Shown: positions 45,501-60,000 of the stretch, in pieces | How positions within the stretch are numbered: the first letter of the stretch is position 1 | How the letters are laid out: the number at the start of each line of letters is the position of its first letter | Origin: Eledone cirrhosa | Lineage: Eukaryota | Assembly: GCA_964016885.1 (NCBI GenBank) | Contig: OZ024743.1 | Span: 270,754,001 to 270,818,000 of the forward strand | Direction of reading: 5' to 3' | DNA: 64,000 bases | Notes under the pieces: model-generated | What the model was told of the DNA's origin: nothing | What the model saw: only the letters and a program-made list of their open reading frames with translations | Database searches by the model: none | Program-made: the position numbers and the translations under genes

Positions 45501-48500
45501 GATATACCGCCAGAGTGATATACCGCCGGAGTGATATACCGCCAGAGTGATATACAGCCAGAGTGATATACCGCCAAAGTGATATACCGCCAGAGTGATA
45601 TACAGCCAGTGTGATATACCGCCAGAGTCATATACCGCCAGAGTGATATACAGCCAATTTGATATACCGCCAGAGTGATATACAGCCAGAGTGATATACC
45701 GCCAGAGTGATATACAGCCAGAGTGATATACCGCCATTGTGATATACCGTCAGAGTGATATACCGCCAGAGTGATATGCCGCCAGAGTAATATACAGCCA
45801 GACTGATATACCGCCAGTGTGATGTACCGCCAGAGTGATATACCGCCAGTGTGATATACCGCCAGAGGGATATACCGCCAGTGTGATATATCGCCAGAGT
45901 GATATACCGCCAGAGTGATATACAGCCAGAGTGATATTTCGCCAGAGTGATATACCACCAGAGTGATATACCGCCAGAGTGATATACAGCCAGAGTGATA
46001 TACATCCAGAGTAATATACAACCAGAGTGATATACAGCCAGAGTGATATACCGCCAGAGTGATATACCGCCAGAGTGATATACAGCCAGAGTGATATTTC
46101 GCCAGAGTGATATACCACCAGAGTGATATACCGCCAGAGTGATATACAGCCAGAGTGATATACAGTCAGAGTGATATACCGCCAGAGTGATATACAGCCA
46201 GAGTGATATACCGCCAGAGTGATATACAGCCAGAGTGATATACCGCCAGAGTGATATACCGCCAGAGTGATATACCGCCAGAGTGATATTTCGCCAGAGT
46301 GATATACCGCCAGAGTGATATACCGCCAGAGTGATATACCGCCAGAGTGATATACCGCCAGTGTGATGTACCGCCAGAGTGATATACAGCCAGAGTGATA
46401 TACCGCCAGAGTGATATACCGCCAGAGTGATATTTCGCCAGAGTGATATACCGCCGGAGTAATATACCGCCAGAGTGATATACCGCCACTGTGATATACC
46501 GCCAGAGTGATATACCACCAGAGTGATATACCGCCAGAGTGATATACCGCGAGAGTGATATACCGCCAGTCTGATATACCGCCAGAGTGATATACCGCCA
46601 GAGTGATATACAGCCAGAGTGATATACCGCCAGAGTTATATACCGCCAGAGTGATATTTCGCCAGAGTGATATACCGCCAGAGTGATATACCGCCAGAGT
46701 GATATACCGCCAGTGTGATATACCGCCAGAGTGATATACCGCCAGTGTGTTATAGCGCCAGACTGATATACCGCCAGAGTGATATACCGCCAGAGTGATA
46801 TACCGCTATAGTGATATACAGCCAGAGTGATATACAGCCAGAGTGATATACAGCCAGAAGATATACCGCCAGAGTGATATAACGCCAGAGTGATATACAG
46901 CCAGAGTGATATACCGCCTCAGTTATATACCGCCAGAGTGATATACAGCCAGAGTGATATACCGCCAGAGTTATATACCGCCAGAGTGATATACCGCCAG
47001 AGTGATATACCGCCAGAGTGATATACAGCCAGAGTGATATACCGCCAGAGTGATATACCGCCAGAGTGATATACAGCCAGAGTGATATACCGCCAGAGTG
47101 ATATACCGCCAGAGTGATATACAGCCAGAGTGATATACAGCCAGAGTGATATACCGCCAAAGTGATATACCGCCAGAGTGATATACAGCCAGAGTGATAT
47201 ACCGCCAGAGTGATATACCGCCAGAGTGATATACAGCCAGAGTGATATACCGCCAGAGTGATATAGCGCCAGACTGATATACCGCCAGAGTGATATACCG
47301 CCAGAGTGATATACCGCTATAGTGATATACAGCCAGAGTGATATTTCGCCAGAGTGATATACCGCAAGAGTGATATACCGCCAGAGTGATATACCGCCAG
47401 GGTGATATACCTCCAGAGTGATATACAGCCAGAGTGATATACAGCCAGCTTGATATACGGCCATAGTGATATACCCCCAGATTGATATACCGCCAGAGTG
47501 ATATACCGCCAGTGTGATATACCGCCAGAGTGATATACAGCCAGAGTGATATTTCGCCAGAGTGATATACCGCCAGAGTGATATACAGCCAGAGTGATAT
47601 ACAGCCAGAGTGATATACCACCAGAGTGATATACAGCCAGAGTGATATTTCGCCAGAGTGATATACCACCAGAGTGATACACCGCCAGAGTGATATACAG
47701 CCAGAGTGATATACCACCAGAGTGATATACAGCCAGAGTGATATACCGCCAGGGTGATATACCGCCAGAGTGATATACAGCCAGAGTGATATACAGCCAG
47801 CGTGATATACGGCCATAGTGATATACCGCCAGATTGATATACCGCCAGAGTAATATACCGCCTGTGTGATATACCGCCAGAGTGATATACAGCCAGAGTG
47901 ATATTTCGCCAGAGTGATATACCGCCAGAGTGATATACAGCCAGAGTGATATACAGCCAGAGTGATATACCGCCAGAGTGATATACAGCCAGAGTGATAT
48001 TTCGCCAGAGTGATATACCACCAGAGTGATATACCGCCAGAGAGATATACCACCAGAGTGATATACTGCCAGAGTGATATACCACAAGTGTGATATCCCG
48101 TCAGAGTGATATACAGCCAGAGTGATATACAGCCAGGGTGATATACCGCCAGAGTGATATACAGCCAGAGTGATATACCGACAGAGTGATATACAGCCAG
48201 AGTGATATACAGCCAGAGTGATATACCGCCAGAGTAATATACCGCCAGAGTGATATACAGCCAGAGTGATATCCCGCCAGAGTGATATACAGCCAGAGTG
48301 ATATACCGCCAGAGTGATCTACCGCCAGTGTGATATACCGCCAGAGTGATATACCGCCAGAGTTATATACAGCCAGAGTGATATACCACCAGAGTCATAT
48401 ACTGCCAGAGTGATATTTCGCCAGAGTGATATACCGCCAGAGTGATATACCGCCAGAGTGATATACCGCCAGAGTGATATACCGTCAGAGTGATATACCG

Positions 48501-51500
48501 CCAGAGTGATATACCGCCAGAGTGATATACCGCCAGAGTGATATACAGCCAGAGTGATATTTCGCCAGAGTGATATACCGCCAGAGTGATATACCCCCAG
48601 AGTGACATACCGCCAGATTGATATACAGCCAGAGTGATATACCGCCAGAGTGATATACCGCCAGTGTGATATACCGCCAGAGTGATATACCGCCAGTGTG
48701 ACATACCGCCAGAGTGATATACAGCCAGAGTGATATACCGCCAGAGGGATATACCGCCAGAGTGATATACAGCCAGAGTGATATACCGCCTCATTTATAT
48801 ACCGCCAGAGTGATATACAGCCACAGTGATATACCGCCAGAGTTATATACCGCCAGAGTGATATACCGCGAGGGTGATATACCGCCAGAGTGATATACCG
48901 CCAGAGTGATATACAGCCAGAGTGATATACCGCCATAGTGATATACCGCCAGAGTGATATACAGCCAGAGTGATATACCGCCAGAGTGATACACCGCCAG
49001 AGTGATATACCGCCAGAGTGATATACAGCCAGAGTGATATACAGCCAGAGTGATATACCGCCAGAGTGATATACCGCCAGAGTGATATACAGCCAGAGTG
49101 ATATACAGCCAGAGTGATATACAGCCAGAAGATATACCGCCAGAGTGATATAACGCCAGGTTTATATACAGCCAGAGTGATATACCGCCTCAGTTATATA
49201 CCGCCAGAGTGATAAACAGCCAGAGTGATATACAGCCAGAGTGATATACCGCCAGAGTGATATACCGCCAGAGTGATATACCGCCAGAGTGATATACCGC
49301 CAGAGTGATATACCGCCAGAGTGATATAGAGCCAGAGTGATATACCGCCAGAGTAATATACCGCCAGAGTGATATACAGCCAGAGTGATAAACAGCCAGA
49401 GTGATATACCGCCAGAGTGATATACAGCCAGAGTGATATACCGCCTCAGTTATATACCGCCAGAGTGATATACAGCCAGAGTGATATACCGCCAGAGTGA
49501 TATACCGCCAGAGTTATATACCGCCAGAGTGATATACAGCCAGAGTGATAAACAGCCAGAGTGATATACCGCCAGAGTGATATACAGCCAGAGTGATATA
49601 CAGCCAGAGTGATATACAGCCAGAGTGATATACCCCCAGTGTGATATACCGCCAGAGTGATATACCGCCAGAGTCATATACAGCCAGTGTGATATACCGC
49701 CAGAGTGATATACAGCCAGAGTGATATACCCCCAGAGTGATATACCGCCAGAGTGATATACAGCCAGAGTGATATACCGCCAGAGTGATATAGCGCCAGA
49801 GTGATATACCGCCAGAGTGATATACCGCCAGAGTGATATACCGCCAGAGTGATATACAGCCAGAGTGATATACAGCCAGAGTGATATACAGCCAGGGTGA
49901 TATACCGCCAGAGTGATATACAGCCAGAGTGATATACCGACAGAGTGATATACAGCCAGAGTGATATACCGCCAGAGTGATATACCGCCAGAGTGATATA
50001 CAGCCAGAGTGATATACCGCCAGAGTCATATACCGCCAGAGTGATATTTCGCCAGAGTGATATACCGCCAGAGTGATATACCGCTAGAGTGATATACCGC
50101 CAGAGTGATATACCGTCAGAGTGATATACCGCCAGAGTGATATACCGCCAGAGTGATATACCGCCAGAGTGATATACAGCCAGAGTGATATTTCGCCAGA
50201 GTGATATACCGCCAGAGTGATATACCGCCAGAGTGATATGCCGCCAGAGTAATATACAGCCAGAGTGATATACCGCCAGTGTGATGTACCGCCAGAGTGA
50301 TATACCGCCAGTGTGATATACCGCCAGAGTGATATACCGCCAGTGTGATATACCGCCTGAGTGATATACCGCCAGAGTGATATACCGCCTCAGTTATATA
50401 CCGCCAGAGTGATATACAGCCAGAGTGATATACCGCCAGAGTTATATACCGCCAGAGTGATATACAGCCAGTGTGATATACCGCCAGAGTGGTATACCGC
50501 CAGAGTGATATACCGCCAGAGTGATATACCGCCAGAGTGATATACCGCCATTGTGATATACAGCCAGAGTGATATACAGCCAGAGTGATATACCGCCAGA
50601 GTGATATACCGCCAGAGTGATATACAGCCAGAGTGATATACCGCCAGAGTGATATACAGCCAGAGTGATATACCGCCAGAGTGACATACAGCCAGAGTGA
50701 TATACCGGCAGAGTGATATACAGCCAGAGTGATATACCGCCAGAGTGATATAGCGCCAGAGTGATATACCGCCAGAGTGATATACCGCCAGAGTGATATA
50801 CAGCCAGCGTGATATACGGCCAGCGTGATATACGGCCAGAGTGATATACTGCCAGAGTGATATACCGCCAGAGTGATATACCGCCAGAGTGATATACAGC
50901 CAGAGTGATATACCGCCAGATTGATATACCACCAGAGTGATATACGGCTATAGTGATATACCGCCAGAGTTATATACAGCCAGAGTGATATACCGCCAGA
51001 GTGATATACCGCCAGAGTGATATACCGCCAGAGTGATATACGGCTATAGTGATATACCGCCAGAGTTATATACAGCCAGAGTGATATACCGCCAGAGTGA
51101 TATAGGGCCAGAGTGATATACAGCCAGAGTGATATACAGCCAGAGTGATATACAAACAGAGTGATATACAGCCAGAGTGATATACCGCCAGAGTGATATA
51201 CCGCCAGAGTGATATACAGCCAGAGTGATATACGGCCCGAGTGATATACCGCCAGAGTGATATACAGCCAGAGTGATATTTCGCCAGAGTAATATACCAC
51301 CAGAGGGATATACCGCCAGAGTGATATACAGCCAGAGTGATATACAGTCAGAGTGATATAGCGCCAGAGTGATATACAGCCAGAGTGATATACCGCCAGA
51401 GTGATATACAGCCAGAGTGATATACCGCCAGAGTGATATACCGCCAGAGTGATATACTGCCAGAGTGATATACCGCCAGAGTGATATACAGCCAGAGTGA

Positions 51501-54500
51501 TATACCGCCAGAGTGATATACCGCCAGAGTGATATACCGCCAGAGTGATATACGGCCAGAGTGATATACCGCCAGAGTGATATACAGCCAGAGTGATATT
51601 TCGCCAGAGTGATATACCGCCAGATGATATACCGCCGGAGTGATATACCGCCAGAGTGATATACAGCCAGAGTGATATACCGCCAGAGTGATATACAGCC
51701 AGTGTGATATACCGCCAGAGTGGTATACCGCCAGAGTGATATACAGCCAATATGATATACCGCCAGAGTGATATACAGCCAGAGTGATATTCCGCCAGAG
51801 TGATATACAGCCAGAGTGATATACCGCCAGTGTGATATACCGCCAGAGTGATATACCGCCAGAGTGATATGCCGCCAGAGTAATATAGAGCCAGAGTGAT
51901 ATACCGCCAGTGTGATATACCGCCAGTGTGATGTACCGCCAGAGTGATATACCGCCAGTGTGATATACCGCCAGAGTGATATACCGCCAGTGTGATATAC
52001 CGCCAGAGTGATATACCGCCAGTGTGATATACCGCCTGAGTGATATACCGTCAGAGTGATATACAGCCAGAGTGATATACCGCCAGAGTGATATACCGCC
52101 AGAGTGATATACCGCCAGAGTGATATACAGCCAGAGTGATATTTCGCCAGAGTGATATACCGCCGGAGTGATATACCGCCAGAGTGATATACAGCCAGAG
52201 TGATATACCGCCAGAGTGATATACCGCCAGAGTGATATACAGCCAATTTGATATACCGCCAGAGTGATATACAGCCAGAGTGATATACCGCCAGAGTGAT
52301 ATACGGCCAAAGTGATATTTCGCCAGAGTGATATACCGCCAGAATGATATACCGCCAGAGTGATATACAGCCAGAGTGATATATTCCGCGAGAGTGATAT
52401 ACCGCCAGTGTGATATACCGCCAGAGTGATATACCGCCAGAGTGATATACAGCCAGAGTGATATACCGCCAGAGTGATATACCGCCAGAGTGATATACCG
52501 CCAGAGTGATATACAGCCAGAGTGATATATTCCGCGAGAGTGATATACCGCCAGTGTGATATACCGCCAGAGTGATATACCGCCAGAGTGATATACAGCC
52601 AGAGTGATATACCGCCAGAGTGATATACCGCCAGAGTGATATACCACCAGAGTGATATACAGCCAGAGTGATATACCGCCAGAGTGATATACCGCCGGAG
52701 TGATATACCGCCAGAGTGATATACAGCCAGAGTGATATACCGCCAGAGTGATATACCGCCAGAGTGATATACAGCCAATTTGATATACCGCCAGAGTGAT
52801 ATACAGCCAGAGTGATATACCGCCAGAGTGATATACCGCCAAAGTGATATTTCGCCAGAGTGATATACCGCCAGAGTGATATACCGCCAGAGTGATATAC
52901 AGCCAGAGTGATATATTCCGCGAGAGTGATATACCGCCAGTGTGATATACCGCCAGAGTGATATACCGCCAGAGTGATATACAGCCAGAGTGATATACCG
53001 TCAGAGTGATATACAGCCAGAGTGATATACCGCCAGATTGATATACCGCCATAGTGATATACCGCCAGAGTGATATACCGCCAGAGTGATATACAGCCAG
53101 AGTGATATTTCGCCAGAGTGATATACCGCCAGAGTGATATACCGCCGGAGTTATATACCGCCAGAGTGATATACAGCCAGAGTGATATACCGCCAGAGTG
53201 ATATACCGCCAGAGTGATATACAGCCAGTGTGATATACCGCCAGAGTGGTATACCGCCAGAGTGATATACAGCCAATGTGATATACCGCCAGAGTGATAT
53301 ACAGCCAGAGTGATATTCCGCCAGAGTGATATACAGCCAGAGTGATATACCGCCAGTGTGATATACCGCCAGAGTGATATACCGTCAGAGTGATATGCCG
53401 CCAGAGTAATATACAGCCAGAGTGATATACCGCCAGTGTGATGTACCGCCAGAGTGATATACCGCCAGTGTGATATACCGCCAGAGTGATATACCGCCAG
53501 TGTGATATACCGCCAGAGTAATATACCGCCAGTGTGATATACCGCCTGAGTGATATACCGCCAGAGTGATATACAGCCAGAGTGATATACCGCCAGAGTG
53601 ATATACCGCCAGAGTGATATTTCGCCAGAGTGATATACCGCCAGAGTGATATACCGCCAGAGTGATATACCGCCAGAGTGATATACAGCCAGAGTGATAT
53701 ACCGCCAGTGTGATATACCACCAGAGTGATATACCGCCAGAGTGATATTTCGCCAGAGTGATATTTCGCCAGAGTGATATACCGACAGAGTGATATACCG
53801 CCGGAGTGATATACCGCCAGAGTGATATACAGCCAGAGTGATATACCGCCAGAGTGATATACCGCCAGAGTGATATACAGCCAGTGTGATATACCGCCAG
53901 AGTCATATACCGCCAGAGTGATATACAGCCAATTTGATATACCGCCAGAGTGATATACAGCCAGAGTGATATACCGCCAGAGTGATATACAGCCAGAGTG
54001 ATATACCGCCATTGTGATATACCGTCAGAGTGATATACCGCCAGAGTGATATGCCGCCAGAGTAATATACAGCCAGACTGATATACCGCCAGTGTGATGT
54101 ACCGCCAGAGTGATATACCGCCAGTGTGATATACCGCCAGAGGGATATACCGCCAGTGTGATATATCGCCAGAGTGATATACCGCCAGAGTGATATACAG
54201 CCAGAGTGATATTTCGCCAGAGTGATATACCACCAGAGTGATATACCGCCAGAGTGATATACAGCCAGAGTGATATACAGTCAGAGTGATATACCGCCAG
54301 AGTGATATACAGCCAGAGTGATATACCGCCAGAGTGATATACAGCCAGAGTGATATACCGCCAGAGTGATATACCGCCAGAGTGATTTACCGCCAGAGTG
54401 ATATTTCGCCAGAGTGATATACCGCCAGAGTGATATACCGCCAGAGTGATATGCAGCCAGAGTGATATACATCCAGAGTAATATACAACCAGAGTGATAT

Positions 54501-57450
54501 ACAGCCAGAGTGATATACCGCCAGAGTGATATACCGCCAGAGTGATATACAGCCAGAGTGATATTTCGCCAGAGTGATATACCACCAGAGTGATATACCG
54601 CCAGAGTGATATACAGCCAGAGTGATATACAGTCAGAGTGATATACCGCCAGAGTGATATACAGCCAGAGTGATATACCGCCAGAGTGATATACAGCCAG
54701 AGTGATATACCGCCAGAGTGATATACCGCCAGAGTGATATACCGCCAGAGTGATATTTCGCCAGAGTGATATACCGCCAGAGTGATATACCGCCAGAGTG
54801 ATATACCGCCAGAGTGATATACCGCCAGTGTGATGTACCGCCAGAGTGATATACAGCCAGAGTGATATACCGCCAGAGTGATATACCGCCAGAGTGATAT
54901 TTCGCCAGAGTGATATACCGCCGGAGTAATATACCGCCAGAGTGATATACCGCCACTGTGATATACCGCCAGAGTGATATACCACCAGAGTGATATACCG
55001 CCAGAGTGATATACCGCCAGAGTGATATACCGCCAGAGTGATATACCGCCAGAGTGATATACCGCCAGTGTGATATACCGCCAGAGTGATATACCGCCAG
55101 TGTGTTATAGCGCCAGACTGATATACCGCCAGAGTGATATACCGCCAGAGTGATATACCGCTATAGTGATATACAGCCAGAGTGATATACAGCCAGAGTG
55201 ATATACAGCCAGAAGATATACCGCCAGAGTGATATAACGCCAGAGTGATATACAGCCAGAGTGATATACCGCCTCAGTTATATACCGCCAGAGTGATATA
55301 CAGCCAGAGTGATATACCGCCAGAGTTATATACCGCCAGAGTGATATACCGCCAGAGTGATATACCGCCAGAGTGATATACAGCCAGAGTGATATACCGC
55401 CAGAGTGATATACCGCCAGAGTGATATACAGCCAGAGTGATATACCGCCAGAGTGATATACCGCCAGAGTGATATACAGCCAGAGTGATATACAGCCAGA
55501 GTGATATACCGCCAGAGTGATATACCGCCAGAGTGATATACAGCCAGAGTGATATACCGCCAGAGTGATATACCGCCAGAGTGATATACAGCCAGAGTGA
55601 TATACCGCCAGAGTGATATAGCGCCAGACTGATATACCGCCAGAGTGATATACCGCCAGAGTGATATACCGCTATAGTGATATACAGCCAGAGTGATATT
55701 TCGCCAGAGTGATATACCGCAAGAGTGATATACCGCCAGAGTGATATACCGCCAGGGTGATATACCTCCAGAGTGATATACAGCCAGAGTGATATACAGC
55801 CAGCTTGATATACGGCCATAGTGATATACCCCCATATTGATATACCGCCAGAGTGATATACCGCCAGTGTGATATACCGCCAGAGTGATATACAGCCAGA
55901 GTGATATTTCGCCAGAGTGATATACCGCCAGAGTGATATACAGCCAGAGTGATATACAGCCAGAGTGATATACCACCAGAGTGATATACAGCCAGAGTGA
56001 TATTTCGCCAGAGTGATATACCACCAGAGTGATACACCGCCAGAGTGATATACAGCCAGAGTGATATACCACCAGAGTGATATACAGCCAGAGTGATATA
56101 CCGCCAGGGTGATATACCGCCAGAGTGATATACAGCCAGAGTGATATACAGCCAGCGTGATATACGGCCATAGTGATATACCGCCAGATTGATATACCGC
56201 CAGAGTAATATACCGCCTGTGTGATATACCGCCAGAGTGATATACAGCCAGAGTGATATTTCGCCAGAGTGATATACCGCCAGAGTGATATACAGCCAGA
56301 GTGATATACAGCCAGAGTGATATACCGCCAGAGTGATATACAGCCAGAGTGATATTTCGCCAGAGTGATATACCACCAGAGTGATATACCGCCAGAGAGA
56401 TATACCACCAGAGTGATATACTGCCAGAGTGATATACCACCAGAGTGATATCCCGTCAGAGTGATATACAGCCAGAGTGATATACAGCCAGGGTGATATA
56501 CCGCCAGAGTGATATACAGCCAGAGTGATATACCGACAGAGTGATATACAGCCAGAGTGATATACAGCCAGAGTGATATACCGCCAGAGTAATATACCGC
56601 CAGAGTGATATACAGCCAGAGTGATATCCCGCCAGAGTGATATACAGCCAGAGTGATATACCGCCAGAGTGATCTACCGCCAGTGTGATATACCGCCAGA
56701 GTGATATACCGCCAGAGTTATATACAGCCAGAGTGATATACCGCCAGAGTCATATACCGCCAGAGTGATATTTCGCCAGAGTGATATACCGCCAGAGTGA
56801 TATACCGCCAGAGTGATATACCGCCAGAGTGATATACCGTCAGAGTGATATACCGCCAGAGTGATATACCGCCAGAGTGATATACCGCCAGAGTGATATA
56901 CAGCCAGAGTGATATTTCGCCAGAGTGATATACCGCCAGAGTGATATACCCCCAGAGTGACATACCGCCAGATTGATATACAGCCAGAGTGATATACCGC
57001 CAGAGTGATATACCGCCAGTGTGATATACCGCCAGAGTGATATACCGCCAGTGTGACATACCGCCAGAGTGATATACAGCCAGAGTGATATACCGCCAGA
57101 GGGATATACCGCCAGAGTGATATACAGCCAGAGTGATATACCGCCTCATTTATATACCGCCAGAGTGATATACAGCCACAGTGATATACCGCCAGAGTTA
57201 TATACCGCCAGAGTGATATACCGCGAGGGTGATATACCGCCAGAGTGATATACCGCCAGAGTGATATACAGCCAGAGTGATATACCGCCATAGTGATATA
57301 CCGCCAGAGTGATATACAGCCAGAGTGATATACCGCCAGAGTGATACACCGCCAGAGTGATATACCGCCAGAGTGATATACAGCCAGAGTGATATACAGC
57401 CAGAGTGATATACCGCCAGAGTGATACACCGCCAGAGTGATATACCGCCA
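40400..57450. repeat. More diverged tandem duplication of an 8.2-8.6 kb block (about 40.4-49.1 kb and about 49.1-57.4 kb) with multi-monomer indels
   Basis: Offsets: 40481->49124 (8643), 41795->50390 (8595), 42992->51619 (8627), 46853->55208 and 46919->55274 (8355). All equal 16n+3, matching the three 18-bp and three 15-bp monomers within each interval. Confidence 0.87.
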
Positions 57451-57849
57451 GAGTGATATACAGCCAGAGTGATATACAGCCAGAGTGATATACCGCAAGA
57501 GTGATATACCGCCAGAGTGATATACCGCCAGAGTGATATACCGCCAAAGTGATATACAGCCAGAGTGATATACAGCCAGCGTGATATACGGCCAGAGTGA
57601 TATACCGCAAGAGTGATATACCGCCAGAGTGATATACCGCCAGAGTGATATACAGCCAGAGTGATATACCGCCAGAGTGATATACCGCCAGAGTGATATA
57701 CAGCCAGAGTGATATACAGCCAGAGTGATATACCGCCAGAGTGATATACCGCCAGAGTGATATACCGCCAGAGTGATATACCGCCAGTGTGATATACCGC
57801 CAGAGTGATATACCGCCAGAGTTATATACCGCCAGAGTGATATACCGCC

Positions 57850-60000
57850 AGAGTGATATACCGCCAGAGTGATATACAGCCAGAGTGATATACAGCCAGA
57901 GTGATATACCCCCAGAGTGATATACCGCCAGAGTGATATACCGCCAGAGTCATATACAGCCAGAGTGATATACCGCCAGAGTGATATACAGCCAGAGTGA
58001 TATACCGCCAGAGTGATATACCGCCAGTGTGATATACTGCCAGACTGAAATACAGCCAGAGTGATATACCGCCTCAGTTATATACCGCCAGAGTGATATA
58101 CAGCCAGAGTGATATACAGCCAGAGTGATATACCGCCAGAGTGATATACCGCCAGAGTGATATACCGCCAGAGTGATATACCGCCAGAGTGATATAGAGC
58201 CAGAGTGATATACCGCCAGAGTGATATACCGCCAGAGTGATATACAGCCAGAGTGATAAACAGCCAGAGTGATATACCGCCAGAGTGATATACAGCCAGA
58301 GTGATATACAGCCAGAGTGATATACAGCCAGAGTGATATACCCCCAGAGTGATATACCGCCAGAGTGATATACCGCCAGAGTCATATACAGCCAGAGTGA
58401 TATACCGCCAGAGTGATATACAGCCAGAGTGATATACCGCCAGAGTGATATACCGCCAGAGTGATATACAGCCAGAGTGATATACCGCCAGAGTGATATA
58501 CCGCCAGAGTGATATACAGCCAGAGTGATATACAGCCAGAGTGATATACAGCCAGAGTGATATACCCCCAGAGTGATATACCGCCAGAGTGATATACCGC
58601 CAGAGTCATATACAGCCAGAGTGATATACCGCCAGAGTGATATACAGCCAGAGTGATATACCGCCAGTGTGATATACCGCCAGTGTGATATACTGCCAGA
58701 CTGAAATACAGCCAGAGTGATATACCGCCTCAGTTATATACCGCCAGAGTGATATACAGCCAGAGTGATATACAGCCAGAGTGATATACCGCCAGAGTGA
58801 TATACCGCCAGAGTGATATACCGCCAGAGTGATATACCGCCAGAGTGATATACAGCCAGAGTGATATACCGCCAGAGTGATATACCGCCAGAGTGATATA
58901 CAACCAGAGTGATATACCGCCTCAGTTATATACCGCCAGAGTGATATACCGCCAGAGTGATATACCGCCAGGGTGATTTACCGCCAGAGTGATATACAGC
59001 CAGAGTGATATACAGCCAGCGTGATATACCGCCATAGTGATATACCGCCAGATTGATATACCGCCAGAGTGATATACCGGCAGTGTGATATACCGCCAGA
59101 GTGATATACAGCCAGAGTGATATTTCGCCAGAGTGATATACCGCCAGAGTGATATACAGCCAGAGTGATATACAGCCAGAGTGATATAACGCCAGAGTGA
59201 TATACAGCCAGAGTGATATTTCGCCAGAGTGATATACCACCAGAGTGATATACCGCCAGAGTGATATACCACCAGAGTGATATACCGCCAGAGTGATATA
59301 CCACCAGAGTGATATACCGCCAGAGTGATATACAGCCAGAGTGATATACCGCCAGTGTGATATACCGCCAGAGTGATATACAGCCAGAGTGATAAACAGC
59401 CAGAGTGATATACCGCCAGAGTGATATACAGCCAGAGTGATATACAGCCAGAGTGATATACAGCCAGAGTGATATACCCCCAGAGTGATATACCGCCAGA
59501 GTGATATACCGCCAGAGTCATATACAGCCAGAGTGATATACCGCCAGAGTGATATACAGCCAGAGTGATATACCGCCAGTGTGATATACCGCCAGTGTGA
59601 TATACTGCCAGACTGAAATACAGCCAGAGTGATATACCGCCTCAGTTATATACCGCCAGAGTGATATACAGCCAGAGTGATATACAGCCAGAGTGATATA
59701 CCGCCAGAGTGATATACCGCCAGAGTGATATACCGCCAGAGTGATATACCGCCAGAGTGATATAGAGCCAGAGTGATATACCGCCAGAGTGATATACCGC
59801 CAGAGTGATATACAGCCAGAGTGATAAACAGCCAGAGTGATATACCGCCAGAGTGATATACAGCCAGAGTGATATACAGCCAGAGTGATATACAGCCAGA
59901 GTGATATACCCCCAGAGTGATATACCGCCAGAGTGATATACCGCCAGAGTCATATACAGCCAGAGTGATATACCGCCAGAGTGATATACAGCCAGAGTGA
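57850..60000. repeat. Cluster of short local duplications (656-bp and 912-bp offsets)
   Basis: TACTGCCAGACTGAAATACAGCC followed by GCCTCAGTTA, with CTGAAA at 58045, 58701 (+656 = 41 monomers) and 59613 (+912 = 57 monomers). The TACCCCCAGAG...GTCATATACA motif recurs five times between 57.9 and 59.95 kb. Confidence 0.85.
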
